Shown here piece after piece: positions 1 through 9,940 of a stretch of 64,000 nucleotides of DNA. The DNA is from Acidobacteriota bacterium (GTDB taxonomy: Bacteria > Acidobacteriota > UBA890 > WLXD01). A program made the translations under genes and the position numbers. The first letter of the stretch is position 1, and the number at the start of each line of letters is the position of its first letter. The notes under the pieces were generated by a model, which was given only the letters and a program-made list of their open reading frames with translations, was not told the DNA's origin and searched no databases. The stretch covers positions 1,440,001 through 1,504,000 of the forward strand of contig CAXWPH010000015.1 in assembly GCA_963666055.2 (NCBI GenBank), in the 5' to 3' direction.

Positions 1-1315
1 TCACTGGTGTCAGGGCCTGCGCGGTCGGTTCCGGACCATCGGGCGCCAAGGGTGTGCGGTAAAGGAAACGCTGGGTCGGGTCGGGGGTGGCCAGGTAGTA
101 GAGCCAGCCGCCAGCCTCATCGACCCGCACCACTCCCAGAATGTCGGAACCTGTCGGGGTGAGCGCCACCACCGACCGTCCATTGCGTGAGATCCGGTAG
201 ACACGTCGCCAGCCGTCGCGCTCGCTCACCCAGGTGAAGGCGTTGCCGCCGTCGAGCCAGCGTAGGTCATCGCGGACGTCGACCCACGCCTCGTCGGTCT
301 CGACCAGCACCTCGAGAACGTTGCCGGTACGTGTGTCGGCCAGATAGACGGTGTTCTCGTTCTGACGGCGATTCAGGTGCTGAACGACGAGCTGCGTCGA
401 GTTCGCCGCCCATTCCATTCGCGCGATGTAGTTGTTGCGCGGCGAGCCGGGTAGCGCGACCCATACGGTGTCGCCGCCGCCTGCGGGAATGATCCCGAGG
501 CGCGCCGACGCGTTTACTTCTCCGGCTTTGGGGTAGGGGATCTCAGTGAGCACCGGGTACAGCTGGGCGGTGTTGTTCGCCAGCGTGAACTTGCGTACCA
601 GCGACTGGTCGAGCTGCCAGAAGGCGATGTGGGTGCCGTCAGGACTCCAGCGAAACCCGTCGCGCAGACCGAGCTCCTCTTCGTAAACCCAGTCGAACGT
701 CCCGTTGATGATGGTGTCCGACCCGTCGTGGGTCAGCTGTGTAACCACGTCGTTGCGGAGGTCGTGCAGGAACAGGTTATTGTCCGTGACGTAGGCGATG
801 CGGCTGGAGTCGGGCGAGAACTTGGCAAACATCTGCCGCGCGTTTCGCATCGTGTCGCCGACTTTGCGCAGGTCGCCAGAACTAAGATCTAGCACCCAGT
901 AGTCGCCGCGCGTGTTTCGGCGCCAGACGCGCTGCGAGTTGGTGAAGATGCTCAGCAGGCGACCGTCGGGTGACCAGTCGTAGTCGTCGATCGACAACGC
1001 CTGTTCGCGGTTGAACTCGGGAACCAGGCGCTCGGCGCCCACCAACACCTGTCGGTCGCCGCTGGCGGCCTCGTAACGCACGATGTCCTCGGCGCCGGAC
1101 AGGCGTGCGGATGGTTCGACGGTGGTGTAGCTGTCGTCGTCCAGCCAGCGCGACGGGCCGAAGCTGTCGACCGGGTAGGCGTCGCCCGAGAAGATGGAAT
1201 CGAGCGTCAGATCCGGCTGAGCGGAGGCTGTTTGGCCTGTAGCGGGGCTCGCCGTTGCGGCAAGCGACAAAACGAGAGCACCAACGGCGAGCCAATCTTG
1301 ACGACAGGAAACCAT
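1..1315 (-). CDS. S9 family dipeptidyl-peptidase IV, N-terminal beta-propeller region (runs off the window start)
   Basis: Not in the ORF track. Manual translation from ATG 1315 (SD GAGGA upstream): MVSCRQDWLAVGALVLSLAATASPA signal peptide, then LTLDSIF...WSPDG...IFTNSQRVWRRNTRGDYWVLDL, typical of the DPP IV N-terminal domain. Confidence 0.9.
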   Translation of the reverse strand, partial: MVSCRQDWLAVGALVLSLAATASPATGQTASAQPDLTLDSIFSGDAYPVDSFGPSRWLDDDSYTTVEPSARLSGAEDIVRYEAASGDRQVLVGAERLVPEFNREQALSIDDYDWSPDGRLLSIFTNSQRVWRRNTRGDYWVLDLSSGDLRKVGDTMRNARQMFAKFSPDSSRIAYVTDNNLFLHDLRNDVVTQLTHDGSDTIINGTFDWVYEEELGLRDGFRWSPDGTHIAFWQLDQSLVRKFTLANNTAQLYPVLTEIPYPKAGEVNASARLGIIPAGGGDTVWVALPGSPRNNYIARMEWAANSTQLVVQHLNRRQNENTVYLADTRTGNVLEVLVETDEAWVDVRDDLRWLDGGNAFTWVSERDGWRRVYRISRNGRSVVALTPTGSDILGVVRVDEAGGWLYYLATPDPTQRFLYRTPLAPDGPEPTAQALTPV

Positions 1316-1552
1316 ACGGGTGTCCTCAGAAGATGCGCTGTGCGTGTGGTGCCGAAGCACGCCAGGTGGCCCCGGGCGCGGATGGACCAACGTCGGATAC
1401 AAGCTCGAGCATAGCCGATGCCGGTGCCACTGGGCACGGGTAAGGTTGTACGGTGTCGTCCACCGGGTTCAACGTCTGTGAGGTACGCTCTGGCGCTGCC
1501 CCGGTTCGCACTTCGGCCACTCCAAGCACAAGGCCCCGAGTAGATTCACGGA

Positions 1553-3379
1553 ATGCTGATGCAACGTACCTTTGTTGTCGTCGCGGTCGGTTGCACGCTT
1601 CTAGCGGGCCTGGCAACGATTCCTTCTGCCGCGCAGGACGCTGCGGGCTGGCGTCAGTGGGGCGGCCAGGGCCGCGACTTCATCACCGACGTCACCGGCC
1701 TTGCCGACAGCTGGCCGGCGGAGGGCCCGCCGGTTCTCTGGAGCCGCCCGCTCGGCACCGGCCACTCGGCGATCCTCGTCGACGACGGACGCCTGTTCAC
1801 GCAGTACCGCGTCGGTAACGGCCAGGATCGCGGTGGGCCCTGGGATGAGGAAGAGATCGTCATCGCCCTCGATGCCTCCGACGGCGTCACCCTCTGGGAA
1901 CACACCTACCCGTCCCGGCACGAGAACTTCGACTTCGGGGCGGGCCCACACGCTACGCCGCTGCTGGTTGGCGATCGGCTGTTCGCCGCCGGCACCAACA
2001 AGCAGCTGTTCGCCTTCGACAAGCGGTCCGGCGAAGTGCTATGGTCGCATGACCTGATCGCCGATTTCGGTGCGCCGCCCAACCTAATTCGGGCGATCGT
2101 CAAGACGGGCTATGGCAGTAGCCCCATCGCCTACAACGATACGGTGATTGTTCCGGTCGGCGGTCCCGGGCAGTCGTTGATGGCGTTCCGCCAGCGCGAT
2201 GGCGAGGTCGTATGGCGCGGCGGCGATTTTCTGTTTTCGCCCTCGGCTCCGATCCTCATCGACCTGGATGGGCAGACACAGCTCGTCTACCTCGCCGGCG
2301 CCAGCGTCGTTGGTCTCGACCCGGACGACGGCCAGGTGTTGTGGGCGGTGCCGCACGACCCCGGCAACGACCTCAACATGACGGCGCCGCAGTGGGGCGA
2401 CGACAACATCCTGTTCCTTTCTTCCGGGTACAGGGCGGGCAGCCGCGCGATTCGGTTGACGCTCGACGGCGATACCACCAGAACCGAGGAGCTGTGGTTC
2501 ACGTCGCGCGTGCCGTTCATGTTTCTGAACACGATTCGGCGCGGCAGCTACGTTTACGGCACCAGCGGCACCTTCGGTCCGGCGTTCATGACGGCGCTCG
2601 ACGTGCGCACCGGCGAGCCTGCCTGGCAGCAGCGCGGTTTCAAGCGCGCCAGCCTGCTGTACGCCGACGACAAGTTCATCGTCATGGACGAGGACGGCGA
2701 CCTGGCGCTCACCCGCATGACGCCCGAAGGGATGACCGTGCTGGCGCGTGCGCCGCTCTTCGACACCACCTCGTGGACCGTACCGACCCTGGTCGGTACG
2801 ACGCTGTATGCGCGCGATCGGGAGAAGATCATGGCGCTCGATCTGGGCGCAGCGGAGCCGCCGGCGGCACGGGCGGTTGATAGCGAAGGCACATCGGCTC
2901 CTGGCGAGACGCAGTCGGGCGGGCCCAACAGAGCCCCGACGCCAACCGCGGACACTCACCCGAACCTCTCCGGTATCTGGCAGCTCGACCGCGACGCCAG
3001 CCAAATCGGTACCACCGCGGCACTCGCCGGCCTCGGCGACGGCGGCGCGCCACTGACGCTGTTCGTCACTCAGGCGACGAACGGCACCCTCCTGCTGTCG
3101 AGCGAGGACAACCCCACGCAGGCGCGCGCCTACGCCATTGGCGGTCAGAGCCCGGTGCCGATCCTGGCCGCCGACGGCGAGCCGAACACGATGACGATCG
3201 CGTCGCGATGGGAAGACGGCCGGCTAGTGAACGAAGGCAGGCACCAGCGCGGTGTCACCGTGATCGACGTCCGCGAGGTGATGTCGCTGAGCGCCGATGG
3301 GCAGGCGTTGATCATCGAGGTGGAGATCGTCGGATCTTCCTCGCCGGGAACGTCGCGACTGTTCTATCGACGGAGCTGA
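1553..3379 (+). CDS. Secreted PQQ-binding-like beta-propeller protein with an extra C-terminal domain
   Basis: Signal peptide, WRQWGG start, repeated ALDxxxGxxLW blades; linker followed by an NLSGIWQLDRDAS domain. Confidence 0.85.
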   Translation: MLMQRTFVVVAVGCTLLAGLATIPSAAQDAAGWRQWGGQGRDFITDVTGLADSWPAEGPPVLWSRPLGTGHSAILVDDGRLFTQYRVGNGQDRGGPWDEEEIVIALDASDGVTLWEHTYPSRHENFDFGAGPHATPLLVGDRLFAAGTNKQLFAFDKRSGEVLWSHDLIADFGAPPNLIRAIVKTGYGSSPIAYNDTVIVPVGGPGQSLMAFRQRDGEVVWRGGDFLFSPSAPILIDLDGQTQLVYLAGASVVGLDPDDGQVLWAVPHDPGNDLNMTAPQWGDDNILFLSSGYRAGSRAIRLTLDGDTTRTEELWFTSRVPFMFLNTIRRGSYVYGTSGTFGPAFMTALDVRTGEPAWQQRGFKRASLLYADDKFIVMDEDGDLALTRMTPEGMTVLARAPLFDTTSWTVPTLVGTTLYARDREKIMALDLGAAEPPAARAVDSEGTSAPGETQSGGPNRAPTPTADTHPNLSGIWQLDRDASQIGTTAALAGLGDGGAPLTLFVTQATNGTLLLSSEDNPTQARAYAIGGQSPVPILAADGEPNTMTIASRWEDGRLVNEGRHQRGVTVIDVREVMSLSADGQALIIEVEIVGSSSPGTSRLFYRRS

Positions 3380-3444
3380 ACGGTCGGCCGCCCGCCCGCT
3401 GGGCGCGGCGACCGCGAAATCGGAGCCTTGCCGGCTCGGTCGGC

Positions 3445-3939
3445 CTATTCCTCGTCCGGCACGGTCTGGAAATGCAGGTGGACGATCTTCCAGCCGCCGT
3501 CCTGCATCATCATGCTGGTCGACATCTGGAGGTTGAATCTCGAGACCGAGTCGCCCTCACCGTGATAGTCGGCGGTGAGCAGGTACGACACCACCGCAGC
3601 ATCCCCCGACGATGACACCTGCACCACCGCATCGGAGATCTCCGCCGACGCCACGCCGCCAGCGTTCGCCACGGTCTCGGTCCAGGATGAGTGATACGCG
3701 TCCCAGCTGCCGCGGCCGCCCGGCCCCCACCAGGTGAGCTCCTTGGCGTAGTGGTCCAGATACCCGTCCACGTCGTTGGCTCTGTACGCATCGGTCATCG
3801 ACTCGACGTGCGCCAGCGCCGACTGCTCGACGTCGCTCATCTCCTGCGCCGTGGCCAGCTGCGTCGTGGCGCCGGCGGCCAAGAGCCCGGCGACAGCGAT
3901 AAACGGCAGGATCCGTGACGTTCTCCAAGAGCTCAGCAT
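3445..3939 (-). CDS. Secreted SnoaL/NTF2-like (DUF4440-type) protein
   Basis: Signal peptide; C-terminal GGWKIVHLHF motif. Confidence 0.8.
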   Translation of the reverse strand: MLSSWRTSRILPFIAVAGLLAAGATTQLATAQEMSDVEQSALAHVESMTDAYRANDVDGYLDHYAKELTWWGPGGRGSWDAYHSSWTETVANAGGVASAEISDAVVQVSSSGDAAVVSYLLTADYHGEGDSVSRFNLQMSTSMMMQDGGWKIVHLHFQTVPDEE

Positions 3940-4035
3940 GGGCTGCTCCTCTGTTCGGTTCGCATTGGTCGAAACCTCGGCCGCACAATACCCCTGAGAT
4001 AGAGAATCCGCAAAGGGTGGCGCCCCGCGGCTCGG

Positions 4036-6741
4036 CTACTGCCGGAGAGCGAGCACCGGATCGACCTTGGCGGCCCGTAAGGCAGGCAGCAGGTTCGCCA
4101 ACATCGTGACGGCCAGGAAGAGCGCCATTACCCCGGCGAGCACACCAGGGTCCGTCTGCGCGACTTCGAACAGCAGGCTCGATAAGAGGCCGCCGGTCGC
4201 CATGGACCCGACGCCGCCGATTACCAGTCCGGCCAGCGCCGGCGCCATGCCGGAGCGTAGCGTCGAGAGGACAACGTCGCTGCGGGTTGCACCCAGGGCG
4301 AGGCGGACGCCGATCTCGTGGGTGCGCTGGCTGACGATGTAGGTCATTACGCCGAACACGCCAATGGCTCCCAGCGCCAGCGCCAGCAGCGCGAAACCGG
4401 AGAATAGCAGCGTCGTGGAGCGAGGGGTCGCCATCGAGCGCTCGAGCACCTGCTCCATCGTCGTCTCGTCGGCGACCACCACGTTCGGATCGACCGACCA
4501 GATCGCCTCGCGCACGCTGGCGGCGACGTCGACTTCGCCGGCGGAGCGTACCGCGAGGTGCATGGTGCGGAGCCACGATTCCTGGTCGTAGGGAACGTAA
4601 GCCTCGGGGCGTGTCTCGGCGGACAGGGCGGTCTGGTGGAAGTCGCCGAGGACCCCGACGACGGTGAACCATGGCTCGCCAGTTGACCAACTGACCTGCT
4701 TGCCGACGGCGCTTCCGTGCGGCCACAGCCGGCGTGCCAGCGCCCGGTTTATGAGCCCTGCCGGGGCGCCGCCCATGCGATCCTCCGGACCGAGATCTCT
4801 GCCTTCCAGCAGCGGGATCTGGAACGTGTCGACATACCCGGGCGTCACCGCTCGGTAGCTGACCCGCTCCGGTTCGGTGCCCGGCGGTACGGGCTGGCCG
4901 TCGGGCGAAATGGCCACCCCCATCACGCCGCGGGTCAACGGCAACACGTTGACCAACCCCACCGAGACCACGCCCGGCAGGGCAGCGACGCGCTCCTCGA
5001 CCTGTCGGTAGTACAGTCGGCGCTGTTCTTCCTTCGGGTAGGCGCCTGTCGGCGGGGCGATGCGCATGGTGGTTACGCCGCCGACGTTGAATCCGGGGTC
5101 GACTTGCTGAAGCATCCATAGGCTCTTGACCAGCAAGCCGGCGGCGACGACCAGGATGACCGAGATCGCCACCTCGGCGGCCACGAGCCCGTTGTTGAGA
5201 CGGAATCGGCTCCGTCCCGCCGTGATCCCACGGCCACGCTCTCGTAGGGCGGGCCGGTCGGCGCGGGTCACCCGGAATGCCGGCACCAGCCCGAACACCA
5301 GACCGGCGACGAGCGATATCCCCAGGGCGAACGTCAGCACTATGGCGTCGATGCTGACCTCGTCGGTGCGTGGTGTGTTGGCAGGTAGCAGACCCAGCAA
5401 GAACGACATGCTGCCCTGTGCGGCCGCCAGCCCGACCAGGCCGCCGGTCACACCGAGCACCGCGTTCTCTGTCAGCAACTGACGAATGATGCGCCACCTG
5501 CTGGCGCCGATGGCGGCACGAACGGCGACCTCTTGCTGGCGCACGCCGGATCGCGCCAGCAGCAGATTGGCGACGTTGGTGCAAGCGACCAGCAACACCG
5601 CCCCCACCGCTGCGAGCAGAATCCAGAGGGTCCCACGCACGCCACCGACTCGGGACTCGTGGTAGGTGACCACTTGGGCGATCTCCGCCGCGTCGCGGTT
5701 GAACACCGGTGTCTCGCCCGCCGCCAGGCGAGCCGTGACGCCCTGCAGCTCTGCCTGGGCGTTAGCTACCGCGACATCTGGCCGCAGGCGGCCAAGCAAC
5801 CAGAAGCGGTGCATGTCGTCGTAGTCGTGGGTGCCGGGCTCGACGATCATCGGAACGAAGATCTCCGAGTGCCAGGGGAACGGTTCGTACGCCGGCGGCA
5901 TCACCCCGACGACCGTCCGCGAGAGCGCGCCTTCGCCCTCGACGGCGAGCGAGCGACCGATGACGTCGGGGTCGGCGCCGAACCGGCGCACCCAGTAGCC
6001 GTGGTTGAGGATGGTCACAGGCGAGGCACCGGGCGCGGAGTCGTCGGGGTGGAAGGCGCGACCCAGAGCCGGCGGCACCCCCAGAACATCGAAGTGGCCG
6101 GCCCCGACGATGCTACCGCCGAGCTGCTCCGGCGCCCCATCGCCGATCGTCGTGAAGGTGCCCGGTGCGCCTGCCGCGATTGCCTCGTAGGAGTCGGTCT
6201 CCTGCTGCAGCGCGATCACCTGGCGGGCTGAGAAGAAGTGCGACGGCCACAGACGCGCGATGCGCGCAGAGTCGGGGAAGGGAAGCGGTCGGAGGACGAC
6301 GGCGTTGACGACGCTGCGGATCGCCACGTTGGCCCCGACCCCGAGCGCCACGGTCAGCACGGCTACCAGCACGAATCCGGGCGACTTCAGGAATCCCCGC
6401 GTTGCGTAGCGCATGTCCTGAAACACCGATGCAATCAACTCGTTCAGCGACCGGCGCCGCTCGCGGCCAATTTCGCGGCGGTCGGATCGGATGCTTCCTG
6501 CCAAATCCTTGACCAAGTACCACCAAACTCGGGGTAGGTACGAGCGCGGGTGGGCACCTTGTTCTTTGTCCCAACGATGCTGCAAGACCTGTAGCATCTC
6601 CGCCCCGTAGCGTTGCCGGAGCCGCCCCGGGTAGAGGCGGAGGGCGAGCCGATGAGCCTGGCCGGTGGCACGGAAGATCCATCCGGAAGCGGTCGGTGGA
6701 TAGCGGCGCGGCACTGGTCCTGGATCGAGCGATGTGCTCAT
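4036..6741 (-). CDS. Duplicated orphan ABC permease (ADOP, MacB/FtsX-type)
   Basis: QDMRYATRGFLKSPGF, ACTNVANLLLAR, EIGVRLALGA and DPVLALR motifs; ATG at 6741 overlaps the PadR stop (ATGA). Confidence 0.93.
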   Translation of the reverse strand: MSTSLDPGPVPRRYPPTASGWIFRATGQAHRLALRLYPGRLRQRYGAEMLQVLQHRWDKEQGAHPRSYLPRVWWYLVKDLAGSIRSDRREIGRERRRSLNELIASVFQDMRYATRGFLKSPGFVLVAVLTVALGVGANVAIRSVVNAVVLRPLPFPDSARIARLWPSHFFSARQVIALQQETDSYEAIAAGAPGTFTTIGDGAPEQLGGSIVGAGHFDVLGVPPALGRAFHPDDSAPGASPVTILNHGYWVRRFGADPDVIGRSLAVEGEGALSRTVVGVMPPAYEPFPWHSEIFVPMIVEPGTHDYDDMHRFWLLGRLRPDVAVANAQAELQGVTARLAAGETPVFNRDAAEIAQVVTYHESRVGGVRGTLWILLAAVGAVLLVACTNVANLLLARSGVRQQEVAVRAAIGASRWRIIRQLLTENAVLGVTGGLVGLAAAQGSMSFLLGLLPANTPRTDEVSIDAIVLTFALGISLVAGLVFGLVPAFRVTRADRPALRERGRGITAGRSRFRLNNGLVAAEVAISVILVVAAGLLVKSLWMLQQVDPGFNVGGVTTMRIAPPTGAYPKEEQRRLYYRQVEERVAALPGVVSVGLVNVLPLTRGVMGVAISPDGQPVPPGTEPERVSYRAVTPGYVDTFQIPLLEGRDLGPEDRMGGAPAGLINRALARRLWPHGSAVGKQVSWSTGEPWFTVVGVLGDFHQTALSAETRPEAYVPYDQESWLRTMHLAVRSAGEVDVAASVREAIWSVDPNVVVADETTMEQVLERSMATPRSTTLLFSGFALLALALGAIGVFGVMTYIVSQRTHEIGVRLALGATRSDVVLSTLRSGMAPALAGLVIGGVGSMATGGLLSSLLFEVAQTDPGVLAGVMALFLAVTMLANLLPALRAAKVDPVLALRQ

Positions 6742-7082
6742 CGAATACCTCGTTCGTCGAGCACGTCCTTCTCGCGCGCTACCTGCACCACCTGTGCCCA
6801 ACGGCGGGCCTCGGCCTGCACGGCGAGGCGTCCGGATGAGGTGATCCGGTAGTAGCGTCGCCGAGGGTCGTCGAGCTCCGGCGCAGGACGCTCGGTAGTC
6901 TCCTCGATAAGGCCCGCGCCCGCCATCTTCTTGATCGATCCGTAGAGGATCCCGGGCCCGAGCTTCACCTCGCCGCCGGTGCGGCGCTCCACCTCGTCGA
7001 CGATGCCCAGGCCGTGCCGGTCAGCATCGGCCAGCGCCAGCAGGATGTGAAAGGAGGCGGTCGTAAGCTTGTTGTCGATCAC
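6738..7082 (-). CDS. PadR family transcriptional regulator
   Basis: HILLALAD..HGLGI..GPGILYGSIKKM..RRRYYRIT; GTG start with SD AGGAGG. Confidence 0.92.
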   Translation of the reverse strand: MIDNKLTTASFHILLALADADRHGLGIVDEVERRTGGEVKLGPGILYGSIKKMAGAGLIEETTERPAPELDDPRRRYYRITSSGRLAVQAEARRWAQVVQVAREKDVLDERGIR

Positions 7083-7105
7083 AGCGGGTTCCTCCTGTCG
7101 ATCCG

Positions 7106-7141
7106 AACTATCACGTTCTGATATATCATAACGTGATAGTT
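7106..7141. promoter_or_regulatory. 36-bp near-perfect palindrome, probable tandem PadR operator
   Basis: AACTATCACGTT-C-TGATATATCA-T-AACGTGATAGTT contains two abutting TATCA-N5-TGATA boxes (7109-7123, 7124-7138) just upstream of the padR SD. Confidence 0.75.
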
Positions 7142-7171
7142 TCGCGCCAGTCGCCCCCGCCACCTTGGCAG

Positions 7172-7477
7172 ACCTACAACGACCACGTCCTGGTGATCCG
7201 CTTCACGCCCCGCGACGTCGAGCTCACCGACTGCGAGTTCGTCTGGTTGGTACATCCGGACGCGGTCGAGGGTCGCGACTACGACCCCGACAACGTCAAG
7301 GCCCTCTGGTACGTGACGTTTCTGGAGGATCTCTGGATCGTCGAGAACAACCACATCGGCATCAAGTCGGCCGCCTATCGACCGGGCCGCTACTCGATCT
7401 ACGAGGACGGCGGCGGCGGCGCTGCCGGCTTCGTCAAGTGGTACATGGACGTGGTAGTGCCGTCTGGCGCGGGCTGA
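7172..7477 (+). pseudogene. C-terminal fragment of a Rieske oxygenase alpha subunit (GbcA/betaine demethylase-like)
   Basis: DHVLVIRFTP..WLVHPDAVEGRDYD..EDLWIVENNHIGIKSAAYRPGRYS..FVKWY; no Rieske domain and no credible start upstream. Confidence 0.75.
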
Positions 7478-7507
7478 TACCGCACGGAATCCGCGTCGCG
7501 CGGGTGT

Positions 7508-8437
7508 CTACTTCAGGAACGTGCCGTCGTTGAGGTCGCGGTACGCTTGGGCGAGCTCGGCACGCGTGTTCATGACGATCGGGCCGCGCCAGGCGACCGG
7601 CTCCTGCAGTGGCTTGCCGGACACGAGCAGGAAACGGAGCCCCTCCTCACCCGATTGCACAACGATCTCGTCACCGCGGTCGAAAAGCACCAATGAACGG
7701 TTGTCGGCGTGGACCGCGGGCGTCCCGGTAGCTTCACCCTCGAGCATCGCCTCGCCGTTGTCCACGTCGACCCATTCGGTCGGAGCCGCCAGCGGATCCG
7801 ACGCATTGAGAAACTGTCCGTCCCCGGCGAACACGTAGGCGAACGCGTGGCGCTGCGTTTCCACCGGAATTCGCTTCTTGGTGTTCGGCGGGATCGATAC
7901 GTCGACGTAGTGTGGGTCGGCGGCGATTCCGTCTACCGGACCGGTTGCCCCCCAAACGTTGCCGCAGATCACCCGTACCTTGGTGCCGTCGTCGTCGATC
8001 ACCTCCGGAATGTCGGCGGACTTGATGTCCTGATAACGGGGTGGCGTCATCTTGAGGGCGCGCGGTAAGTTTGCCCACAACTGGAACCCGTGCATGCGCC
8101 CGTCGGCGTCGCCCTTGGGCATCTCCTGGTGGATGATGCCGCTGCCCGCTGTCATCCACTGGACGTCGCCCGGCATGATCGCGCCCTCGTTGCCGAGGCT
8201 GTCGCCGTGATCCACGGTGCCCGCCAACACGTAGGTGATCGTCTCGATGCCACGGTGTGGGTGCCACGGGAATCCCGCAAGGTACTCTTCCGGCACATCG
8301 TTGCGGAAATCGTCGAGCAGCAGAAACGGGTCGAAGTCGTCGGTCTTGCCAAAACCGAAGGCGCGTCGTAGGTGCACACCGGCGCCCTCGATGTGCGGAG
8401 CGGCGCTGACGAGGTTCTTCACGGGCCGTATCGACAT
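7508..8437 (-). CDS. Pirin family protein
   Basis: DPFLLLD, GFPWHPHRGIETITY, WMTAGSGIIHQEMP, GPIVMNT. Confidence 0.95.
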   Translation of the reverse strand: MSIRPVKNLVSAAPHIEGAGVHLRRAFGFGKTDDFDPFLLLDDFRNDVPEEYLAGFPWHPHRGIETITYVLAGTVDHGDSLGNEGAIMPGDVQWMTAGSGIIHQEMPKGDADGRMHGFQLWANLPRALKMTPPRYQDIKSADIPEVIDDDGTKVRVICGNVWGATGPVDGIAADPHYVDVSIPPNTKKRIPVETQRHAFAYVFAGDGQFLNASDPLAAPTEWVDVDNGEAMLEGEATGTPAVHADNRSLVLFDRGDEIVVQSGEEGLRFLLVSGKPLQEPVAWRGPIVMNTRAELAQAYRDLNDGTFLK

Positions 8438-8554
8438 GTAGCTTCGTTCCTGGTCTATTGAACGGACCCGGACAGCATAACGTTAGCTACGTACGTCGCG
8501 CCCCTCCATCGGTTGGCTGACGCGGGTGAGCACGACAAAGACCAGGAAACCTCA

Positions 8555-9940
8555 ATGCGTGTCCTGCTGATCTCGACCTACGAGCTTGGTCGACAGCCGT
8601 TCGGGCTGGCGTCGCCGGCGGCGTGGGTTGGCGCCACCGGCGCCGATGTGGAGTGCCTCGATCTGGCGCTTCAGGATCTCGACGAGCGGGCGGTTCGCCG
8701 CGCCGATGCCGTCGGCCTCTATCTTCCGATGCATACCGCGACGCGGATCGCCTTGGCGGTGCTGCCCCGGCTGCGCGAGTGGAACTCCGCCGCCAGGCTG
8801 TTTGCCTGGGGACTGTACGCGCCGGTTTGTGCGGCGGAGCTTCGAGGCCAGGGAATCAGCTTCCTCGTAGGCGGAGAGTTCGAGCTCGATCTCGTGGAGT
8901 TCTTGCAGGGCCGCCAAAGCGACGAGTGCAACGATGGTGTGAGGATTTCCCACGATCGCTTGGACTTTCGGCTCCCAGACCGCAGTGACCTACCGCCGCT
9001 GCGGGAGTACGCGCACCTCTGCATGCCCGACGGTAGCGAACGCATCGTCGGTGCCACCGAGGCGTCGCGCGGGTGCAAGCACCTGTGCCGCCACTGCCCT
9101 GTGGTTCCGGTCTATGAGGGCAAGTTTCGCGTCGTCCAGGCCGACGTCGTGTTGGCCGACGTGGCGCAACAGATCGAGGCCGGCGCGCAGCACATCACCT
9201 TCGGGGACCCCGATTTTCTCAACGGCCCCAAGCATGCGATACGCGTCGTGGAGACGTTGCACGAACGATTCCCGGAGGTGACTTACGACGTCACCGTCAA
9301 GATCGAGCACATCCTCGACAACCGGGAATGCCTGCCGACGTTGCGCGACACCGGCTGCGTTCTGGTGACGAGTGCGGTCGAGTCGGTCGACGACGCCATC
9401 CTGTGGATCCTCGACAAAGGTCACACTCGTGACGATTTCGTGCGCGCGGTTGAGCTATGTAGGAACGTGGGACTGGATCTGCAGCCGACGTTCGTGCCGT
9501 TCAATCCCTGGACCAGCCTCGAGGGCTATGCCGAGCTGTTGGCGAGTCTGGTGGAGCTTGGTCTTGTGGGCCAGGTAACGCCGATCCAGCTGGCGATCCG
9601 CTTGCTGATTCCGCGTGGGTCGAGGCTCATGGAGCTCCCCGAGGTCGCGTCGGACGTGGGCCCCTACGACGAGGCGATGCTGGGTTACCCGTGGGCGCAC
9701 GCCGACCCTCGCGTCGATGCCCTGCAGCTTCAGATTGAGCGGTTGGTCGCGCAGGCGGCGGCCGCCGGTCGGGAGCGCGGCAGCACGTTCGCGCAGGTAT
9801 GGGAAGCGACGCGTGCGGCGGATCCCGCCACGCGCCTTCCGGAGCTCCCGGACGTCCCGGCACGAGCCACGATCCCCTATCTCACCGAGCCGTGGTACTG
9901 CTGAGCGGAGCCCACCGCGGAGCAGTTGGCTCCGTACTAG
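8555..9940 (+). CDS. CUAEP/CCAEP-tail radical SAM selenoprotein (Sec at TGA 9902-9904)
   Basis: CKHLCRHC CxxxCxxC motif and a B12-binding-like N-terminus; the end reads PYLTEPWYC-TGA-AEPTAEQLAPY-TAG, matching the family tail. Confidence 0.88.
9905..9935 (+). promoter_or_regulatory. Candidate bacterial SECIS hairpin
   Basis: GCGGAGCC (9905-9912) pairs with GGCTCCGT (9928-9935); interrupted upper stem with a GGA apical loop directly 3' of the UGA. Confidence 0.65.

Noticed and set aside
3557-5584. Long alternative-frame or antisense ORFs (also 11495-12895, 29938-31611, 40270-41823, 45268-46701, 55087-56481)
   Set aside because: Arg/Ala/Gly-rich shadows of well-supported genes, expected in high-GC DNA, with no family motifs
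9902-9904. TGA as the true stop of the radical SAM gene (ORF track 8513..9904)
   Set aside because: The downstream in-frame AEP tail, the hairpin and the family signature favour Sec recoding
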